A DNA stretch of 58,121 nt, the filler included, from Basidiobolus meristosporus CBS 931.73 (lineage: Eukaryota > Fungi > Basidiobolomycota): NCBI GenBank assembly GCA_002104905.1. It is 3 parts of 3 records of this genome, joined end to end, with 100 filler letters (N's around TTAATTAATTAA, not from the genome) between each part and the next. Parts side by side here need not be neighbours in the genome. Positions count along the whole stretch, not along the records: positions 41,365 to 58,121 come from MCFE01001113.1; 2 more parts are not named here. One strand, 5' to 3'. Position 1 is the stretch's first letter. Each line of letters starts with the position of its first letter. Under the pieces are notes generated by a model, which was not told the DNA's origin, searched no databases, and saw only the letters and a program-made list of their open reading frames with translations. Below, in pieces: positions 51,661 to 58,121 of the stretch. The position numbers were made by a program, and so were the translations under genes.

Positions 51661-52314
51661 CTGTATAAAAGAAAAAAGTAGAATAGAGTAAATAGTCAAG
51701 ATGTTAAGCATATGCTGACAAGAAGTCATCTACCAAGGGGTATGTATATGAAGTACTATGAAAAACAAAGGAAGTACAACACTGCTCTGAATATCTAAGC
51801 AACAACAAGCAGAATTTCAAGCTAGTGTATCCTACTTCTGGCATGATGGTAGGAATTATTGTGTTATATGGTACAATAGAGTGCTGCATCAATCAAACAC
51901 TGTGAATCTGCTGGCATAATGTGGCATTATAGCTTCTAGTAAAAGGAGAAATTCTCACGATGATGTGGGTAAAGAATCCTGCAAATGATGGCCTGATTCA
52001 TAGCTAATGCAAGGATTATGAGGACGCTGGAAGTGATAGGGAGAGCTAGTCAATTATATGATGCTCACTTGGTGACTTGTAAGACGTGAAGGAGCCTTTA
52101 TCTATGTACAATAATGGAGGATGGTTTGGAAGGTCCACTAGGTATGTAGGTGAAATTGGGGATCTTTTGGATGCTCTACCCGCCATTCAATGAATGATAG
52201 GTTTTGTCTGGAAATCAAGAGATTTGCAAGCCAAGTAAATATACAGTATGGTAAATCGGGATTTATTGGAGTTGAATACAAGGTCGGGGAAGGATAATGT
52301 ACAAGATTTTTGGG

Positions 52315-52926
52315 CTATAAACATCCCAGTCCACCAATGCCGAGTAAACAGTCCTCAGCGTCTGGCTGCGTCGCTTGATTGGTGGGCTGGGCCACCGGGG
52401 TACGGGTGGGTCGATATTTCGCGGTGTAGGTGGTGTAGGTGGTGGGATAGGTGGTGGTCCAGGAAGTGGTGTACGACCACTTCTTCGGCCTACGCTTACC
52501 ATCGGCGTTGACGGCGTTGGAATCCTCGTCGTACCTCGACTTCGACCGGTGCTTTCTTCCGCCCTTGTACCGGCCGTACCGGGGATACTCCTCCGTCGAG
52601 GGGTAAAGGTTGGGCTGGGGGCGTGGGTAGTACTCGTATTCGTCGTCGTTCTCCTCGATCGGAGTCACATACTCGTGGATGGTAGGGGTCTTTCGCTCCT
52701 GCGGGTTCTCCTTCCCCAGCAGGCCCAGGCTTAGGCCGGTACCCAGGAGACCGGGCGATTTGTCGCTAGATTTGCTCCTGGAGTCCGAGTCGCCAATGAT
52801 GGGCAAGGACTTTAGGAGCCCGAGGTTCGCAAGGCCTGGGTCGTTCTCCGCATCCTTGTGATCCTCGTTAGACTCCGCGTGGGTTATTGGGAAGGTGGCC
52901 AGAGCGAGTAAGACGAATGCGCGCAT
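52315..52926 (-). CDS. Putative secreted protein of unknown function, 203 aa
   Basis: Single exon with gene-like GC/CpG content. Signal-peptide-like MRAFVLLALATFPITHA, Tyr/Pro-rich and Thr-rich tracts, basic clusters. Confidence 0.75.
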   Translation of the reverse strand: MRAFVLLALATFPITHAESNEDHKDAENDPGLANLGLLKSLPIIGDSDSRSKSSDKSPGLLGTGLSLGLLGKENPQERKTPTIHEYVTPIEENDDEYEYYPRPQPNLYPSTEEYPRYGRYKGGRKHRSKSRYDEDSNAVNADGKRRPKKWSYTTSWTTTYPTTYTTYTAKYRPTRTPVAQPTNQATQPDAEDCLLGIGGLGCL

Positions 52927-53145
52927 GGGTTAGGTTAGTAAAGGTTAGGATTGGTTACGGGCGGGTTAAGTGGTGCCTACGAGGTGTCCTTGAGCGACTG
53001 CCCGACTCTTATACCGCCCGGAGATAATCGCGGTCGGGCAGTGGCTTCGGAAAATTTCCAAAGTATAATCCATGCGGATGAGATCCGTCAATGGGGGTGG
53101 GGGACAGATGGTAATCAAGCATTCTGAAATCCACTTTATTATCAG

Positions 53146-53181
53146 GCAATCGAGGGGCAATCGAGGGGCAATCGAGGGGCA
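53146..53181. repeat. 11-bp tandem repeat GCAATCGAGGG x3
   Basis: Directly visible, 220-255 bp upstream of the 52926 start codon. Confidence 0.9.
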
Positions 53182-53256
53182 GTCTGATCCCTTCCCTGAC
53201 ATCAATAATGAGATAGGATATATACAGGCATCTCTATGTGTAGCTATTCTATTCTG

Positions 53257-55202
53257 TTAGATCTGAGGTTGATTGGCCTTCTGGCTTAATGCCAGGTGGA
53301 AGCTGCCGGTCGTCTCGGTCTTGAGGATTTCCCGCAACGCCATGGTAGCGTACTGACTGGAGCTCAAGGAGAAGGCCACGCGAAGTGCGAGATGATCGCC
53401 ATCAGGCACACCCGCCGGCTCCTGGATCCCCGCCAATCTGTCCAGATCGGTCTGGGCGAGGGAAGCGTCCGCATCGGTGTACTTCAACGTCTGCCAAGAG
53501 ACGTTCTCCGGCTTGGCCATGAACTTGCGATAGGATCCGGGGAGGGAGAATTCCCTGGGACGGGATGGTTAGGATCTCACTGGCAGCATCTATATGTGAG
53601 GGAGACTTACTTGACGTTTCTACGCATATCTCTAGGGTCGAGTCCATCCTGGCTCATCAGCTGATTATACTTGCCGCCAATCTCATTCTCGGGATACACA
53701 ACGTCGAACCCGGGAAGAGGGAGAACCACATCGTAGATGGTGTACTGGGGCAGGTCATCCTCAGTCAACACTTTGACCGCGACATGGCCGGACTCTTCGT
53801 CTCCATCCTCACTTACATCCGCCTCCTCCAGCTCACGCAGCTCCGATTCGTTGGCCAGCACAAGATCTCCAACAACTGGTCTGTCAGAGCCGTAGAGCTG
53901 GATTCTCTGGGAGACCATGTGGTTCCAAACGTAGGATTGGTAAGCGTGGACGTACATCATTCTCAGGTTGCGAGGAATCATCTTGATAGCCCCTAGGAAA
54001 TCTCTCTGCTGACCGCTCTTGGCAAAGGCGGAGAGAATGTGGGTTTCCGCGACGCATTTTCTGGGGAATACCTCGAGCGCTTTCTTAGGGTCGTGGTGCT
54101 CCGCCCAGGCTTTGCGCGCCTCAGCAATGTCCCCGCTCTCTCCCTCGCGAGGCATAAGAATGAGATCTACCGCCTGCTCCCATTGGCCAAGCAGCATGGC
54201 CTTGCCTATGGTATGGGTGGGGGCTCCGCTGGATCCGAATCTCTGCATGCCAAAGTAGTTGATGAACCCTTTGTCCTTGATGGTGGTTACCGCCTGATCG
54301 ATGATCTCTTGCGAGTCAACGGTGACATCCCTCAGGACGATGGAGAAGCGGTTACCTTTCAGGTCCCCGAGGTCGAGCTTATTTTTGCAGTAGCCAAAAT
54401 TGCCGAGCTGCATGCCGCGAAGACGCTTGTTCAGCCCTAGGAGTCTCTCGGGCTTCACGTGGTACGCGGTCACCCATTGTGCAGTGACCCCTCGCTTGTC
54501 CTTCGTCCCGGCGTAGGAGAAAATCTTCGAGCTCATCTTCATGACTTTAGAGAGCATGTTGACCGCCTCCATGGTGTCCTTGTTTTCCTTGTGAAGCACA
54601 AACCGGCAGAAATCCCCCTCGGCCACGTTCCAGTCGTTTCTTTTCCGTTGGAATTTCCTGTCCCTTCTGTCGACTCCCTCGGCAACATACCGGACCTTGA
54701 TACGCCCGTCGGAGGCTTCGGTGACCAATTTACGGTCGAAAGCGTTTTTGAAGAACTGGTGGATCTTGGTACGCTTCTCCTTGTCGTCTATAGCCTCAAT
54801 AAATACGTGTTGTGGCTCTTCCTCCTTCGATTCGAATAGTTTCTGGATCTCCAGCGGTGTCTCGGCATTCCCAAGTAGATCAGTCAGATTAGAAACGCTT
54901 TCTTCGAGAGATAGTAGAGGAACCTCCTCCTTTGGTGGCTCCAGGGGAGTGCTCTTGGGTAAGGAGAAATCGGTCAAATGGACGACTTGGCCCTCCTCGT
55001 CGATCTCGTTGACCAAGAAATCGGTGTACCGATGCTTAATGATTCCCGTAAACCCAGGAATACTAGCGTTAACAAATTCCGTTATTCCGACACAATGCTC
55101 GCCCCATGGTAGAGTGGTGTTCTCTTGTTTGTGCTCACCGGTTGTCGAACACGCCTCCTGTTCCACGTCCACCTTGATCCGTTTTGCGGGAGGAGAACTC
55201 AT
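53257..55202 (-). CDS. PUS7: Pseudouridine synthase 7 (TruD family)
   Basis: GIIKHRYTDFLVNEI, FSYAGTKDKRGVTAQ, LGDLKGNRF, GFINYFGMQRFG, MYVHAYQSYVWN, VVLPLPG. Intron 53610-53555 joins to EFSLPGSYRKFMAKP..LSSSQYATMALRE. Confidence 0.96.
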
Positions 55203-55785
55203 GTTAGTGGTAATACGATGTGGTGTTTGTTCCCAGCCGTGTATCGACTATTGCCACCATATTTTTTTTCTTGATTGAGTGGGATTCCGAATGGATTCTG
55301 GAATAAACCAACCCTGGAGCAAGTTGTCGAATATGGGGAGGGGATCTACACCGGAAAATGACCAATCATTGGCCACGATGGTTTGACCGCTCTGTGGATT
55401 AGGGGTGTGAAAGGGGAAAGCAGGAGGGAAAACACTTCACGAATGGTGGCTTTGATCAAAGTACAATAGAGTTCAATTCAATTTAGGAGATTTCTTAAAT
55501 TACTGGGCTACTGTAGCGAACCAATATCTTCACCGATGTACATCAATCAATCATTGGTTAGCAACAAGCCGACATCGAGATTGGTGATGTGATGAGCCAG
55601 CATCTACAGTTGGCCTGGAAACAGAGTGTGCTGTGTTGTGGTGAATTTCCAAGCAAAGGAGAAGTCCCCAATTGTCCACCACATTTCACAGCTGTGAAGG
55701 CATATACTTGCACACATATCAAAAGGTAAATACGTTGGGAAGACGCCAGGAATCTCTCTAGTTTGAAGCGTGAGGGTGTTTCTCC

Positions 55786-58121
55786 ATGTCGTGGACCACA
55801 CTTAGAAGAAGTCTATCGGCATACCGCTCACCTACTCGTTCGTCCACCTCCACCGGCTCCGAATACAACGAGTCCGACTATAATGACGAAAAGATACGAG
55901 AGCTTGCCATCACCTACGAGGAGATCCAGAAGAAAACTTTCACCAAGTGGATCAATTCACAGCTGAAAGATGAAGAGGACCAGATCGTCTCCATCGATCT
56001 GGATCTCAGAGACGGAAAGCTGCTGCTCAAGCTTCTGGAAACTCTCTCCAAACAAACTCTACCCAAGCCGGAGAAGCTCTCCATGCGCATTCACTCCATG
56101 TCAAACGTGACCAAAGCGCTACAATTCCTGGAGCAAAATATAGGGGAATCGCTCAAAAACATCGGTAGCGAGGACATCGTCGATGGAAACACCAAGCTGA
56201 CCCTGGGGCTTGTCTGGCTGTTGATTCTGAAGTTCCAGATCCAACAGGTCGATAGAGAGGAATTGATCCACTCGCTAGAGATGAATTTCGAGGAGCCACC
56301 CGGGCACAACGAAAGCTTGGTGAATAGCATGATATCCTGTGTTTCCTTGTGCGCCTACTAACGGATTCTTGCGTTGTATAAAGAAGAACAAAGGTGGCTC
56401 TCTAAGCCTTCCGGCCACTCTGAGTAAGAAATCATCCTGGAGTGATTTGGTAAGTAAGAAAGACATCAAGGGTTCGCTCCTCCTGTGGGTGCAGAATCAA
56501 CTGGCGTTGTACGGCGAGATGGCCCCGGTGGTGAAAGATTTCCACCGGTCTTGGAAGAGCGGTGCGGCATTCTCTGCGCTCATTAATCGCCATGACCCCA
56601 GGCTGATTGCCCATCCCGAGGTCGTTCAGACGCGAGTCGACAGGGGAAAGGAGGAATGGAGAAACATATTGAACGATGCTTTCTTGGTTGCCAACGAAGC
56701 CATGGGGATCCCATTTTTGCTGGATGCCGAGGACATCATGAACGTGGATTTGCCGGATGAAAAATCCATCATGACCTATGTGTCGGAATATTACAAGGTG
56801 ATGTCGAAGAGGCAGAAGGACGAGGAATACTGTCAGACGATCGAGGCCGTTCGTAAGGAGCTTGATCTTGAGCGGCATCGGAAGAAGCTAGAAGAGCAGG
56901 CCAAAGAGGCAGTCGCGCTCGGAGACGACCTTCTGATGAAAATTCACAGATGCTTGAGCTCACTTCCAATGCAGTCTGACTTTGAGACTGTAATGGATCA
57001 ACTTTCCCTAGGGAATCACCGAGCTTCAATTGCTTCAGTGGAAGATGTGGCCTCGGAATTATCGGAGGAATTGCATTGTTATGAGCAAAGTACGCAAGCC
57101 ATCTTGTTGGACGAGGATTTACCAGAAGACGCTTCCAAAAGCCTTCGGGAGAAGCTTTCAGATGTTCTCAGTAGTTACCAGGACCTTTCTAGCAAAGCCT
57201 CTGAGCAGAGTAGCGGGTGCAAGACATTACAAGCAATCGTTGACAAAATGGAGGAGATACACGTCTTTGAAAAAGCAACTGAGGAGCTCTCAAGCGACAT
57301 TCAAAAGCTCGTCGATTTGCGACTGTCTGGCGGAGTCCGAAAAGACCGCTCCTCCTTGCTGGTCAGTATCAATCACGATTTCGACGAATTGGAGCAATCG
57401 GTCGGTGTGATATGCAGCGACATGCCCAACCCATCCCCCAAGTATCTACTTGATGCCAAGGAGGCATTGGTTCAAGCAGTGTCTGACGCCAAGGCGCTCG
57501 TGGTGGAGGAAAACAATCGGCTCAAGCAGGAGAAATCCGCCGAGGATTTCCAAACGCGTTACGAAGAGGTAACCCTGAAATTCCAGGAAGGCATCGATAA
57601 AATCACCGGAATCGAGGAGGCTATCGTGGCCAGCGTGGAGGATTTCGGAAAGTACAAGACGGTGCTTTCAGAGCAGAAGGCCCAGCTGAAAAACTCATCA
57701 AGCTCACTGAAAGCCAGAGAGTCCGAGCTCTCGACTCTCAACCAAATGGCGAATGGCAGCCCGGACGCAGCGTCCATCCCAAAGCTCATGGACGCAGCAC
57801 AGGACTTGGCCAAACAGTGGCAGACAAAGTTAGACAGTCTGACCCAAGAGACCCAGAAGTTCGATGAGCTTTTCAAATACCTTCAGATCGAAAAGTTGAT
57901 TCGGACCAAATTGGTGTCGATCAGAGCCGCGATCGATAGCTGGGACGAGGAAAGCGCCGAACACACCATGATACAGACCGGTAATGGTCTGCGCTTGCTC
58001 CGTAAGAAATTCGATGACATGGCCTCACTCTACTCGAAAGCGGCCGATATCCAACTTGCCCAAGAACGACATGCCGAGTTGAAGCAGTTTGTGGAGGAAA
58101 ATGAGAAGCTATATGAGAAAA
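55786..58121 (+). CDS. Tandem calponin-homology (alpha-actinin/spectrin-type ABD) protein with long helical rod, runs off window
   Basis: CH1 IQKKTFTKWINSQL..DLRDG..NIGSEDIVDGNTKLTLGLVWLLI; intron 56320-56383; CH2 LLLWVQ..DFHRSWKSGAAF..LLDAED..PDEKSIMTYVSEYY. Frame is stop-free from 56384 to the window end (579 codons, hand-translated). Confidence 0.9.

Noticed and set aside
53296-55278. Long plus-strand ORFs overlapping PUS7 (similar ones overlap the bHLH and DCAF genes)
   Set aside because: Antisense shadows of GC-rich coding sequence with no recognisable motifs.

Overview
Eukaryotic genomic DNA from an intron-rich fungus. An early-diverging lineage (Zoopagomycota/Mucoromycota-like) is inferred from gene content and ~50-90 nt introns; the taxon cannot be proven from the sequence. 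CpG-rich gene blocks alternate with CpG-stripped transposon blocks. Genes: glycogen synthase 3' end, a bHLH-zipper factor, a 16-exon GCK-III/STE20 kinase largely missed by the ORF track, a small CDC42SE/SPEC-like CRIB protein, Trx-PITH (TXL1), a DCAF8-like WD40 gene with a 1-bp frameshift, LSM6, an FHA-forkhead factor, an orphan secreted protein, PUS7, and a tandem-CH protein with a long helical rod running off the window. Mobile DNA: one intact, recently inserted Ty1/Copia (identical 350-bp LTRs, ATACT TSD, half-tRNA-iMet PBS), at least five decayed relatives plus solo LTRs, a nested chromovirus, a full-length degenerate CMC/EnSpm-type DNA transposon with TIRs and an apparent 4-bp TSD, and older Gypsy relics. 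Two 100-nt scaffold gaps carry an artificial TTAATTAATTAA linker. I found no unambiguous new system. The best leads are an in-frame ATG inside the Copia PBS, strand-symmetric CpG erosion, the 4-bp-TSD CMC element, the SPEC-like gene, the CH-rod protein and the secreted orphan.
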